DNA from: Tubiluchus corallicola
Lineage: Eukaryota; Animalia; Priapulida
NCBI GenBank assembly: GCA_030141605.1
Contig: JAQGDQ010000229.1
Span: 248,001 to 312,000 of the forward strand
Direction: 5' to 3'
DNA length: 64,000 bases
Both the position numbers and the translations under genes were made by a program. How positions within the stretch are numbered: the first letter of the stretch is position 1; each line of letters opens with the position of its first letter. The notes below the pieces were generated by a model that saw only the letters and a program-made list of their open reading frames with translations, was not told where the DNA came from and did not search any database. Below, in pieces: positions 1 through 12,813 of this stretch.

Positions 1-202
1 GTGTGACGATTAAAATTATTAAATTTTAGCAGTTTTTTTTGGTGACATGTAGCATCGTCTTAAAAAATACAAACATGGATGAGCTCATCTAACATCAAAT
101 ATTATTAGGAATTAAGTGCTTGCAATGGACACTTATTCAGGCTTCAACTTTGCTACTGGTTTGCGGTATTATATGCAGATCTCTATGTTTGCATTCTTTT
201 AG

Positions 203-403
203 GTGGCAATGCAGTAGGCATATTTGTACAAAGTGTACAAATGGGCATCGTGATAAGCAGCGGGGCAGACGGACTTCGCTGTGGTGACCAAATTTTGGAA
301 TTTAATGGTGTAGATTTGCGGTCTTCCACGGCAGAAAAGGCAGCTTTTGAGCTGAGTCGACCGAATGAAGAAATGACAATTTTGGCTCAGTATAATTTGC
401 CGA
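203..403 (+). CDS. DLG5: DLG5-like MAGUK, internal exon (last PDZ domain); gene starts upstream of window
   Basis: tttttag acceptor, gtaagt donor; GGNAVGIFVQSV...GLRCGDQILEFNGVDLRSSTAEKAAFELSRP...ILAQYN is a PDZ domain; phase 1 to 1. Confidence 0.9.
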
Positions 404-769
404 GTAAGTGTTATGCTTATTTTGCATTTAGAGTCATACACGTAGGAATTTGGAAACTATCAAAAATGTCCAATTCAACAAAAATATAGCCGCTTTTTTT
501 TTGGTGAAATTGGCTCACATGAGGAGGGAAATAGTGAACAGTAAAAATAGGGAATTCTGTTTAATGATATGATGGTAGTATGGTGGGAATAGAATATGAT
601 GGTAGTATGGTTGGAATGATGGTTGTAATGGTAAGACATTAGTTGCATATGAAACCGATTCGACATTCAGTTATAAATGGCTTTGGAGCATCAAGAATAA
701 GTAATTTTAAAAAAGTGAGTGCATTTCAAAAACAGTGTTTGTGCTTGTGAGAAACCTTGACATCTAACC

Positions 770-1020
770 GGTGACACCAGTGTGCAACTTTGTTACGCAA
801 AGGTAGCACTTAGAGACCTCGTTGTCTAAGCGGTGATACCAATATGTAAAGTTACTTCACAAAGGTGGCACTTAGACACCTGTGTGCAAATTGATTAGGT
901 AAAGATGGTACTTAAAGTCCTCAATGTCTAAGTAGTGTTACCAATGGGCAAAGTTATTACACAAGGGTGGCACTTAGAGACCTCAGTGTTTAAGCAGTTA
1001 CACGGCTGCACAAAGTTACT
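770..1020. repeat. Diverged intronic minisatellite, unit ~58 bp, about 4 copies
   Basis: Recurrent aaaggtggcacttagagacctc...gtctaagcggtgatacca. Confidence 0.7.
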
Positions 1021-1348
1021 ATGTGAAGAATGATTGCATGCTTTTACTTGCTATTACTTACTTGATTTAACTGCTTTAACTGTGCCATTTGTCAGACAGT
1101 TGTTGTGGCTTTTCCAAACAAGTTGAAATTTTTTTGCAATTGGCAATACAATCAATTAGCATCGGCAGCTGAAAAACAACTGGTGATCAGAAAGAAAAGC
1201 CCAAATCAATTATAACTGATAAGCTGGTTAAATGGTGTCACAAAGGGATGTTAGTATAACTTGGTCATAGTATTAGGCATTTTTCCACACTGTTGCTAAT
1301 CTGATGGGTAAATACATTAATATGTTAAGCATTTTCGCTTTTGTACAG

Positions 1349-1450
1349 AGTACAAGAAAATAATCCAAGAGCAGCTTGGAGATTCATTCTATATACGTGC
1401 CATGTTCGACTATATGGCTGCCAGTGCTGATGAACTAAGTTTCAAAACTG
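1349..1450 (+). CDS. DLG5: DLG5-like exon, start of SH3
   Basis: ttttgtacag/gtaggt; KYKKIIQEQLGDSFYIRAMFDYMAASADELSFKT (GDSFYIRA motif of MAGUK SH3); phase 1 to 1. Confidence 0.9.
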
Positions 1451-2103
1451 GTAGGTGAATAGTATTTACGTTGTCTGCATGTTTGTCTAACCATCAGTTC
1501 GTAAATCTTTATTGTTATGCTATATGAGTAGAAATTTCTAGATGCTTAAAAGTTTTTTACTGCTAGTTGCAAATAAAAAAAATTTGAAAACTTTCAAAGA
1601 TTAAAAATGTGAAGTTGAAATGAACTGATATTCGGTTTTAACACTATTCAAGGTTACTTTAGGTTAGATGCAGTATGGGAAGTCTTTGTAAACTTAAATG
1701 AAAGCCTAAAAGTAATGCTAATAAATAGTTTTTTTAAACCCTATGAAACAGAAAACAGAAAGCCTGCAGAAAACCATTGAAATTACTCATAGGCTTGATG
1801 TGAGTATTTGAAAATTTCTAACCTAAAACGGAAGGTCAGTTCATTTTAGCAGCATGTTTTTAATTTTTGAAGGCTTTCAATAAGAAGTTTTTATAATTTG
1901 CAAATAGTATGTTTAAAAGTTCTTTTTTCAACTGTAATTATGAAAGTTGCAGTAGCTTTCCTTTATGTTGTACTAACATGTAGATCTATGACAATACACC
2001 TTGTTATTGTTAGGTATTTCAAGTTAGAATGTTGGGTACTATATGGTATTGTAATACTTTGGATAGCCATCGTTAGTATATTTTCACTTATTTTGTATCC
2101 CAG

Positions 2104-2221
2104 GTGATATATTGTTCATTGATAACACAATGTTTAATGGAGTTCCTGGACTATGGCGTGCATGGACAGTGGATATGGATGGGCAAAAGAAACAATGTGG
2201 TGTAGTGCCCAGCAAAAATAA
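2104..2221 (+). CDS. DLG5: DLG5-like exon, SH3 C-terminal half
   Basis: tcccag/gtatgt; GDILFIDNTMFNGVPGLWRAWTVDMDGQKKQCGVVPSK; phase 1 to 2. Confidence 0.9.
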
Positions 2222-3424
2222 GTATGTATCGTATTCTTGCAATTGTGCACGTATCCAAAATATCTGTTAGAAGATATAATTTAAGATATGTTTAGGAAGC
2301 ATTTTATATGTTACAAAGTTATAGTAGAAATGCTGTAAAATGACATGCAAATACCATTATGTTTTGTCAAATTACTTCTGCTTACATTCTAATTGCTACT
2401 TTTTAATTATCAGGTTTTTGTTACACAAAAAAATCTATATACTCAAGTCGAAAGAAGAAAAATGAAAAAACACAAGAGTTGTTTCAACAGAACAGTGATC
2501 AATTTGTTTTTTGTGGAGCATTTATTGTACAGAAGGGATAACTGAAAATGTCTATTGAAATATTACGTGGCACAAAAATGCGCTGAAGTTTTGATTATGA
2601 TGTCATGAGAAGAAAAATAATAGAATCTCGTGAAAATTACCACACTGATGTTGCATATGCTTATGTATAAGCACCAGAAATTTTCGGTTATTTCCGTAGA
2701 TCTTTCGAAAGATACAGAATTTTTAAACCATCAAGTCAAAAAAATAAATGGCAGAAAAAATTCTACTTGTCCATCATTTTCAATGCAAGCTAGACGAAGG
2801 CATTTCTTGCAACAGCTGATATAGCTTCTCACTTCTTAGGGGTATTTGTTTGGTCCCAGGACTCGCAAAATTTTGGCTTTTGTTTTGCTGTAAGCAACTC
2901 AGCGCGACAATCGTATACTGCCTTTTAAAGGAATTCCAGATACTGAAATTCTGGAATCAGAGGATTAACGCCCATTTTTCTTCATAACAAATCTTTATCA
3001 ATACTTTATTTTCTGCAGTGAAGGCCATGATGTAAATTGGTTCTTTTTTATTCTTTTGTTGACATAAATTGAATGCTTTGTCCATCTATGTAGTTCATGA
3101 TTAGTTGACTTTGTTCTGGCATTTAATTTTTTAACATGCAAAAGGTTTTCGGCCATATCTTAAAAAGCACGAAAATTGTAAACTTGTAACTTTTACAGCT
3201 AAAATCTATTGTAATGTAATATCGCAGCATGCAATTTCAACTTTGGAGGGCAATTGCTTCTAATATTATTATAGTCTAAACTTCGGTGCATTTTTTATAG
3301 GTCACCCGATATATATTGAGCTATCAAAGGTGACAATCAGTGAGAAAATTCATTTATAGTCTTGTGAGAAGTATGAGCTTGCCAATTGTAGTTTAATAAA
3401 TTGTGCAATAATCATATTTTTTAG

Positions 3425-3627
3425 ATTGGAAGATGACTATATGAACAGACGTGGTTTCTCGGATGCATCACAAGATGGAGACAGTCGGCGTGGGTCAATG
3501 AGTACTCGTCGCAGTTTCTTCCGACGAAGAAAGCATCAGCGAAGCAATTCAAATGATAGCAAAGACACTCCTAGCTTTTCAAATGTCTCATTAAACAGCG
3601 AATACTCCGCATCTACTACAGTAGAAG
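3425..3627 (+). CDS. DLG5: DLG5-like exon, HOOK region
   Basis: tttttag/gttagc; contains RRSFFRRRKHQRSNS, as in the DLG5 HOOK region; phase 2 to 1. Confidence 0.9.
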
Positions 3628-4783
3628 GTTAGCAGTAACCCACAGATTTAAAGAATTAAAGAATTTAAAATGATTTGCACAATTTTAAAAAATGACACCG
3701 ATGTTCAGACAGTGATGGCCTTTATATCGAACGATGCTGCAAAAGTGTGTTGCTCAAGGGTTATTTTTGCCATACATTCAAATGCAGTTTTTGTATGGTA
3801 CAACATAGCACCCATTGTTTGCCATATAGCAGACCATAGAATTGTATTACAATGTGGCACCCATTGTTTGCCTCACAATTGCTCGAGTCCAGTAGTCTCT
3901 TTCTGCACATGCGTAGCATTTAAATCTATGGTAATAACTATATGTTATCTTGTCGATTTTTCTCATAAACTTGATTACAGCTTCATGCCCTGTAGGCTGT
4001 GTGAGCCACTCATGGGCTAGGCCTGCCTAATGCAGTTGGTTGTGGTGAAAGTGAAACCTGATTCGTTCTCAAGAGTTATTCTCTAAGATGAGACACTAAA
4101 CTAGGAGAGGTGTTTATGGCTATTTTTGGATTTGATACGAAATAGCTGAAAGCAGTAGAAAGACACTAGAATCTTGTTTTTTAGCAGCTTCTAGCAATTT
4201 GTTTCTGATTCCTCTTTGAGACTTGATTTGAAATGAATTATTGATCAGAAAACGTTAGCTTTGAAACACCTGTTTTCTGTATTGTAAGAAGCCAGTGCTA
4301 ACAAACTTGTTCTAAAATTTTGCGAGGATACCATATTTTTGTCCATCTGTCTGTACAATAATTAATTCATCCACGATTGAACCATTTATCCACCGAGGGT
4401 GTCCGTACATGCGTCCATTCATAAATGGTAAATTGGACAAACTTAATACACCACATATAGTTCCTGCAAAAATTTCTCGTTATGTAAATATACTGTGAAA
4501 TGTTACAAATCATGTTCAGTGTTAGAAATAATATGTTTATTGCAAAGTGAACCTGGTCAGGTGGTTTTGCATTAAATTTATGCAAATCCTTGCAACAAAT
4601 GATTGTATTTTAAGCCGGTTGTATATGGTTGACTTGCTTATGTAACTAACCTCGTATCAGTTGAGAACGTATCAGTTGTGTGTTGATTTTGCTGTCTCCT
4701 GTAGAAAATTATTTTACCTTGCAATTCCATCTGTAATCAGTGTTAATCAACATTTGATATATTCAAATTATAACTATTTACAG

Positions 4784-4924
4784 ATCCCATACCAACGTAT
4801 ATTCGCGTGGATCGTGCTGATTACAAGATGCTGCGTCCTGTCATCCTGATTGGTCCCGAAGTTGAAAAAGTGGGAGAAAAATTGGCACAGGACTATCCTC
4901 ATAAGTTTCATCACATTGTTCCAG
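4784..4924 (+). CDS. DLG5: DLG5-like exon, start of GUK domain
   Basis: tttacag/gtatta; DPIPTYIRVDRADYKMLRPVILIGPEVEKVGEKLAQDYPHKF; phase 1 to 1. Confidence 0.9.
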
Positions 4925-5374
4925 GTATTACTATTATAAAAGACAAAAACTGGTATTGTTTCTACTTCACTCAACTATTTAGCTAGCCAGAATTTATGAA
5001 CAATTCTTTCAACAACATTTGCATGCTTATTGGAATACATTTAGGTATATTTTAATGAACTAGCTTTAAACATGCGTGCTGAATAGGCAATGCTGTTTGA
5101 TGTAGTTTTCTTGCCGTTAACTGTTAAGAAATTGCATTATAATATATTAACATATTAAATCTTGAGTTTGAATTTCATATTACTTGTTTGAGTTCTGAAT
5201 CTAATAATGACACTAAGTTTCGCATGTTCTTTAATTGATCATTTAAAAAATTTACCATAAATAATGTAAGAAATATTGTAATTAAAATTTTTAAATCATC
5301 TTCATAGCAGTTAATTTTTATTTGTGTTAACTTAAGAGGTGTCAAAACCCTTGATGGAGTTCAGTCATCTTGTC

Positions 5375-5572
5375 CTGGGTTGAATGGCTGAGTGGTTTAG
5401 GTTTCGGACTGCAGCCACGCACTTTTCAGTTCGAGTCTAGCGGCTTCCAATGCCAGGGCATGTACCCTGTTGTGTGTGTGTTGTGTGGTGTGTCCTTATC
5501 TGTATTGTTGTAAGCATAAGTCGCTAAATAGGTTAGTGCTAATGTTGTCTTTTAAACGACGGTAAATAAAAC
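5375..5572 (+). mobile_element. tRNA-derived SINE-like element in DLG5 intron
   Basis: A-box TGGCTGAGTGG 5385-5395 and B-box GTTCGAGTC 5429-5437 at tRNA spacing; followed by (TG)-rich body ending in aataaa. Confidence 0.55.
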
Positions 5573-5843
5573 TGGTCTCTATCTTTGGATGTCAACTTAG
5601 CACTCTGCTCCTTAGGCGAAAAAATGATTTCTTTTTCACCCAAAACTAAATTCGTTTCTATTTTGAGTTTTATTTATTTGTCTTGTTTGTTTCCCTTTTT
5701 GAGTTTTTCAGTTAATTATAAGACGAGATTTTATAAGCCGAAAGCTACGTATTGCCTGGTGATGGCAAAAATTACTACATTGTCAAAATTTTGTGAAATT
5801 GATGCTTGCAGTTTCATTTGTATACCTTCGTTTTGTGTTTCAG

Positions 5844-6081
5844 ACCTCATGAAATCATCACAACAGACAATGGAACGTGGCATCGCCGAGGGTCACTTTA
5901 TCGATTTCAAGAGAAGAGATTCGCATTTTGACTGCATAACCACGGCAAAGGTGAAGAAGATGTCATCTAAAGGATTTCATTGCATCTTGCCAGCATCGCA
6001 GGTCGCAATAGATCGGCTACATAGGCTTAAGATGCATCCGGTTGTGATTTTCGTAAAGTTCAAATCGGCAAAGCAAATAAG
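5844..6081 (+). CDS. DLG5: DLG5-like exon, GUK domain
   Basis: gtttcag/gtatac; SSQQTMERGIAEGHFIDFKRRDSHFDCITT...HCIL...AIDRLHRLKMHPVVIFVKFKSAKQIR; phase 1 to 2. Confidence 0.92.
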
Positions 6082-6472
6082 GTATACCTCACATGAATGA
6101 GTTTACATTTAAGTACGCATATGTCTACATTGAAAATGGGTTAATGTGGTATTTAAACCTGGAATCTGGATCTGTGATGTTTACAGTGCTTTACTTAGCT
6201 TACGTCTCGTGTAGGTTATCCATACTCGATCCAGGTTGCATCCAGACGAAAAGTGATCTGTGAATGTTATATACTAATGAGTAGAAACTGTTCATGAATG
6301 GTGATTTGCCAGTAATGCTGTTTTGTGTTTTAAATATTATTTTCTACTTTGTTCATTGCTCAAACGATAAGTACAAATTTTAACTGTTAACGGATCATGT
6401 CATATTATGTGTTTTTAAATGACTTCTATGCAGTATTACAGTTGATTAAGGAATAATCTTTTTTCCATCCAG

Positions 6473-6582
6473 GGAACTGAAAGATCCACAGTTTTATAGA
6501 GAGAAAATTAGTAGCAAATCTGCGAAAGAATTATATGACATTGCACGCAGTGATGAACAGGAGTATCAGTGTTATATAACAG
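6473..6582 (+). CDS. DLG5: DLG5-like exon, GUK domain
   Basis: ccatccag/gtatgt; ELKDPQFYREKISSKSAKELYDIARSDEQEYQCYIT; phase 2 to 1. Confidence 0.9.
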
Positions 6583-7584
6583 GTATGTTGCATTTTCAGT
6601 TCAGTAAGAATGGAAGTCCATTCCAGCCTGCAGACGAATCCATGCGCAATCAAACCTTGACGTGAGATGTAGCGTAAATTCTCAAATGTGCTTATTATGG
6701 TGTTCTAGCTTTTTTATTCTGTTGTTGTTAGACTCAGTGCTTACTGTTCAGATGGTAGTCGCGTTATATTGTAAATCTTAATGTACACATGTCTTTTATG
6801 TGCCAGCCCAGCTGAATTACGGCATTCTGCCTGCTTAACAAAATGGTGATAATTCTTGTTTACAAGAATAAAGTAATGAAAAACTTGCTTACCAGTAGGC
6901 ATGAGTTTAATCATTGTACTTGCGGTCTTTTGTGCTTTTCATGTTGCTCAAGGCAGTGTAGAACACTACAGAAAACACTTTCTCACGTTCCTGTGAGTTT
7001 TATTATGAGTTTTTGAATAGGGCAGCAATAGCCACTATTATCTTCCGCACTTTTTCAATGCCATGTGAAAGGCAGACGTAATTTCTCGACTGTGAAATCT
7101 GAATCACCTTGGGATTCAGGTGCTGATGTATACTTCCATTTAAGGACTGTTCATATGATTAGCTCAGATTGGGTGCAGAAAGGGGGAGCAGGTCGCACAC
7201 GTCATCATCATCACGGCAGTCAAAATAAATATGACTAGGATGAATGACCATGCTACTTTGTACAATTAGGCTAAAAGTTTGACACAGAAAAGATGGTATC
7301 AGTGGAAAAGCATTTGTTCTTTCCTGCCTCCTTTGTTGGGTTTCCCTTTGGTTTTCTAATTAAGAGATGCAAGTATACTAATCCAATAAGTGTACAAGTA
7401 AGTGGAGTCAGCGGTTTTAGTCTTTCATCCATTTGTTTAAATTTTGTCGAAATCCAGTTGTGTGTTTGCAGAGTTATTCATATGTAGAGAAATTTCTCCC
7501 AACGTTAAACAGATGCCTTAATTAGGAACCCTTTGGGCTGATAATTTTACCTAAAATTGATTTTGTAAATATTAACTTTGGTTG

Positions 7585-7760
7585 GCCAGTTATGGGGATG
7601 AACTTTGGACTGCCTTAACCACCGGGAAATGTAGTAGCCGACAGGTTTCTCCGGCATGTTTTGATTTATGTTCATTCACCCTCCACGAGACAGACAGCCA
7701 TGATTTACTGACGATATCCGCCCGGAGCAGGTATCGAACCTTAAGTCACAAACTTCACCG
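7585..7760 (-). mobile_element. Degraded SINE-like fragment
   Basis: B-box-like GGTTCGATACC (7730-7740, minus); body shares aaggcagtccaaa with ~60296-60308; no clear A-box. Confidence 0.35.
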
Positions 7761-7878
7761 TCTGGTGCAATATATGTCATACGTACAATGTTGTCTATAG
7801 CATTTGGTTGATACATAATTTATTGAACATCTAGGTTTGAAACAGATTCTATAGCATTGGCATTTATTTTTTGTTTAG

Positions 7879-7982
7879 CATCTATACCTGGTGGTTCACT
7901 GCAACAAATCTGCACTTTAGCCAAGGCCGTGGTAGAACAAGAACAAAGTAAGAGTTTCTGGGTCCCTTGCGGAACTCTCTAA
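7879..7982 (+). CDS. DLG5: DLG5-like terminal coding exon
   Basis: tttgtttag acceptor; SIPGGSLQQICTLAKAVVEQEQSKSFWVPCGTL then TAA at 7980-7982; MAGUK C-terminal EQ...WVP motif. Confidence 0.9.
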
Positions 7983-10144
7983 TATCGGAGTGAGTGAACT
8001 AATAGACAGAAGGTGCTGACTTAATTGGTGTAATACCATTGTTATACATACAATTATACTTTGTTACACATGCTTAAAGGACATACGTCTATGATATTTT
8101 TTGCGAAATTATAAAATCACTTGAGTGATGATAAGTTTGAAACGTGCTACGTAGAATAAGTAAATTAAGTTGATCCCTCAGTTACAATGAGTATATATTA
8201 CTTGACTGCAGTATGAGACTTGATACTTATTTGATATACACAATTGTTACTGTACATTCTAACAAGTGCAAGTAAAAATTTATTACCTTCATAAACTTAG
8301 TGTGATATAGCTATAATATATTATGTAGTAAATCAATAACTGACAAATGACGGCAAGATTTGTATTGCTCCTGATACATAAGGTTGTAGTTAATCTTCTA
8401 GAAGGTAAGGCATTAGCTCTGGTTGTTTTTATGATAACGGAAGCCAGTACAGCTTTCATTTACCTGTGCCTCAAATTACTGTTTCTTGTTTTGACAAGAT
8501 GGCTGATTTTATTGGTGGTATCTATGGCAGCTTTGGATATTTCAGCCCAGTTTACTAAGGTGTGATTATTTATATAAGCTTTATTTTTATGAGACTGAAA
8601 ATGATTTTTTAAACGTTTTTATATTTGATTGTGAAATTGTTCCTGTGTTGATCAGTAATTATTAACTAGGCCTATGTTTTTTTAATGAAAAATTTCTAAG
8701 CAAATTACATGCATTTTGAACTTTTTTAAGAAAATTTGATCATGCAGTGATATTCAAGTACAAGAGTATGAGCAATTGGCTAAGGATAAGGCAATGGTTA
8801 AACTTAAATGTGCTGTCGATTGAGTAAATTTGTTGACAACTTATTTTTATTAGTTCTGTGGCGTAGCTTTCACTAGCTGTGAGTATGCACCACCATAGGT
8901 GGCATGTTTTCAATGGCAGCACTTTGATTGAGTGCATTGTAAAAGTTGGTTACTGTTGAAACAATAGAAAGACAAAACACCTGACACAATTTTAATTTTC
9001 CGTGAAAACGCTATTTGCAGCACCTTCTGCTGAAAGAGTGCGAAAAAGGAAGCTGATAATTAGTAATTTAATATCCTTGTAACATTTACATAATTTTCTT
9101 TTTTGTCATAATGTCTGTGCAGTACAGCCCCAGGCCTTGAGTTAACTGTGAAGAACATTTCAAATCATGCTCTCTCCTGTATTAACATTTGAAGAAGTTT
9201 CTGTGTGGGCCTAAAATAGCTTTTGAAGAATGCAGGGAGAAAATATTTCTTCACAAAAGTTTCTTTTTAGTAGTACTTTACCATATTCCCAAGTTATTTG
9301 CACAACTTATCACAACTCTGTTAAATTTCACAAATTTAAAATTGTAATAATCTGCTACAAAATATTGTATTTTTCATGGGAGGGGGGCAAGCTGAACTGC
9401 CATAAGTTGTGCGCCACAAGCTCTAGCTATGCCACTGCATTAGTTATCCAAATAAAGCATAAACTTAATGCTGATCAAAGCAGAATCCTACATATTTTTT
9501 TGGATAAAAAACTAGAATTGGTTTGTCAGGAATAACAGTGGTTGTGAGATGTGCAATAGGATTAATGCAGACTTGTTATTAAAAGATTTGGCAAGAATTG
9601 CTGTTGCTTATCATGTCATTTATAACTTACTATTGAAAAAATGTTCTACATGTCTTTATATTTACGAAAAAACTAGAACTTGTATGTGTTATAAGGGACA
9701 GTTATTTAAAAAAATTGATCCCTTTTTTCTTTGCGTAATTAATATGAATCTGTTCTTAGTTTCACTAAAAGATATAGTCACAATACTTATTGCAGGAAGA
9801 ATTATGTATTTTTCAGACAATTTTTTATTAACAATTGACATTGTTATTTTTTGTAATAACATTATTAGAAAAAATAAATTTTAAAATGATCAAATGGCTG
9901 ACTTGTATTAGAACTTACATTTGACTTTTGTGCAGTCTTTGTAAAGAAGTCAGTTTTTGCAATGTTATTGGTTACTTGAATCTGTGTGCCTCTAAAACAT
10001 TTTGATCAATCATTTTTAGTTTAGCTAATTGACTAAATGTATTTACATATTTACTAGAATATAATAAATCACTGAGTAGTAGGCTTTTCCATTAGATTTA
10101 ACTCAATATGAATTTAACAGGAATAATAATATGATTATTAATAT

Positions 10145-10215
10145 TTTATTCATCAAAATAATTGAATCCATATTCACAAGTTATTTTTATTCGGTTACAT
10201 CGAATATCTAATAAA
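10145..10215. terminator. Candidate opposing polyadenylation signals of the two convergent genes
   Basis: Minus-strand AATAAA at 10145-10150 and 10186-10191, plus-strand AATAAA at 10210-10215; T-rich to A-rich strand skew flips near here. Confidence 0.4.
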
Positions 10216-12443
10216 AAATTCACCTGAAACTTAAAATTTGCAATCATTGTTATTCCCCATCCTTTACATGATGATGTAAGTGATGATCAAAAGTGCATGT
10301 GACACAAGTTTGAAAATTCTCACACATTCAGTTTAAAATCCTAGCCGTAGTTTAGTAGTGCTATCTATCTGCAAAAAAGTGTGCATTTGTAGGAAAAAAT
10401 ACTTTAAATAATAGACGACATGTCAGCATACAATGTTTTCATCAACATATCTTATAAACAAAGACACTATAAACTTAGTACAGGCTATTACAACTATGTC
10501 ACATCATTGGCAAGACCATAGCATTGGATTAAGGGAACAAAACGTAAGTTCTCTTAATTTCCAATTAACAAACTAGAAAAAACCTGACAATATGCACAAA
10601 TGAACCTATTGTAAACACTAACATAAACAATAATTAATATTTAAATATTAAATAATACATATAAAAGGACAGCAATCAAGAATTTGATCATGACTCGAGC
10701 ATTATTTTAATTAAAGTTCGAAATGATAATAAATTTCAATTTGTTTATTTATTTTTAATACTTTAATGAATAATAACAAAGTTACAAAACAGTGTAATAA
10801 TAAATCTACATGTACATTATCAACAGATTCTCCCAGAACTAAATCACTAAAATTATTAAACTTATGCATATAAACATCCGATTAAACTTATTCATTTTAA
10901 TGCAAACAATAACAAAAAGTGCAATATCATAACATTGTACAAAGCATTTTAACAAACACTTAGCTGATCTGTGCAAAGACATCGGGTAATACTGGGTATT
11001 TGGATTGTTTTTACCAGAAATCATTGACACAGTGATTACATCTTAATTTCTCATCTACGATTAAAACAATATGAAAGGTTTTAATTATCTCAAACTTTAG
11101 AAGAAAATCACTGCAATAATTACTTAAAATAATTTACAAAATTGGTGCTGATGATATTAAAAATTTAATTCAGTAGTAACATTTTTAACAAATTTGATAC
11201 TTTATACATTATTCAATGTGTAATACACTTGATATCATAATAGGTGTGATACATATAATGTACATTGTGTAATTGTTCATTGTTCAATGCATTGTTCATT
11301 ATACATTATACAATGATAAATTATACATTGTGCATTATCACCTTTGTGTTATGATGTTACTACAGTATCACAGAGACTTTAGTTAATAAAATTGCAAAAA
11401 CGTGTGCAATGGAAGATTACCAAAATTATAATAACTGTTCTCCGATAAAAGAAGCTGCCTAATGCGGGTTATCAAAATAGAAATATGTAGTAAATCAATG
11501 TGAGAATAAGCAAATTTGAGAAGGCTTACAAAAACTTTAAGGATTGTGCTAAATAGTGAGGCTAAGAAGACATTCCCGAATGGCCAATTTAAACTCATTT
11601 TCTTTTATATGTTGCATCAGTTTTTAATGTTTAAGATAATGTGCACAAATGAGTAAATGAGTACTGCTCATTTAATAGGCAAATCAATTTTTGCATTTTA
11701 ACAATGAAAAAAATAATCTTGTCAAACGAGTTTTTTATTAGAAAAGCATAAATTGATGAGTTGCAAACTAGTTTGCATGGCCATGAAGCATGACATATGT
11801 TGAATTAAATCCAAATTCCAGTAGGTAAATCCACATCACGCATTAGCTGATGATAGACCATAGACATTGGATGTCACACCAAATGCACTGCGTATAATTT
11901 TCCAAAGTATTGACCTACTTGGAAAGGATCTAGGTTTACATAAGACATTCAGTGCGCTATTGCCAAAAATAAAAATGCCTTCGTATATCTGTAACATCAC
12001 TTTTCATTTTGTATCACTGCTATTTTGTTATGTTTTATAATTTAGTTTCGCAAAGGTGGGTAATCCAACAAGGGCCCGAGATTCTCCAGAATTTTCTTTG
12101 CTGTACATGTATTATCTTGTTAACTATCATTCGTTAAGATTGTTTCAGTTTGTAGAACAACAAGAATTATGATGAACAAACAGTCTCTTAGCATATCTCC
12201 TTTGGTAAAACCACATTTTAAATTCAGTAATCGAGTGCAAGTGAAAGTCGGCAGACACCTCACTACTCAGCAGCAGGTGTCAGTTTTAAGTGATAGGCCA
12301 TATTGGCACACAGAATGTTAGATGAACCTACGGGAAATGCAACATTCCAGTAACACAAAACTATTACCTTCAAGACATGTACTCAAGAGGTCATCGAGGA
12401 TCCTTCATGATTCGCCTTAATGGTGTCATGTTTGTTTCTTGCA

Positions 12444-12546
12444 GGTTTGCCACTGATGCATTAGGTTACTTCGTGTTATAGTGTAGATTTGTGTCTTGCC
12501 GGTTTGCCACTGATGCATTAGGTTACTTGTGCTCATGGTGTAGATC
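12444..12546. repeat. 57-bp tandem duplication directly after the AP1AR-like stop codon
   Basis: ggtttgccactgatgcattaggttactt is identical at 12444-12471 and 12501-12528. Confidence 0.85.
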
Positions 12547-12813
12547 ACCGATTGTCATTCTCGTCTGTGAAATTACATACTAAAACACCAGATGCCAGTC
12601 GATCAATGTCACATATAAGCTGCGCTGTGCCAAGGGAATCTATTCTTTCCCGGCTTGACTCATGCAACAGTGCAGCAGTGTCCGCGGCGACTAAGTCATT
12701 GTCCCATTCTAACTCACTCGAATGTGCACTGCACTTGGATGGAGCATAGACCATAGACGAGTTATCGTCATCCATGCTGGTGCGACGTTTGCGCTGTGGC
12801 ATTGGAACGTAAC
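12545..12813 (-). CDS. AP1AR: AP1AR/Gadkin-like terminal coding exon
   Basis: cttactgtag acceptor; GYVPMPQRKRRTSMDDD...SSELEWDNDLVAAD...* resembles vertebrate AP1AR MLPMRERSKT...NGLEWENDFVSAE as I recall it; frame closes at TGA. Confidence 0.8.
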
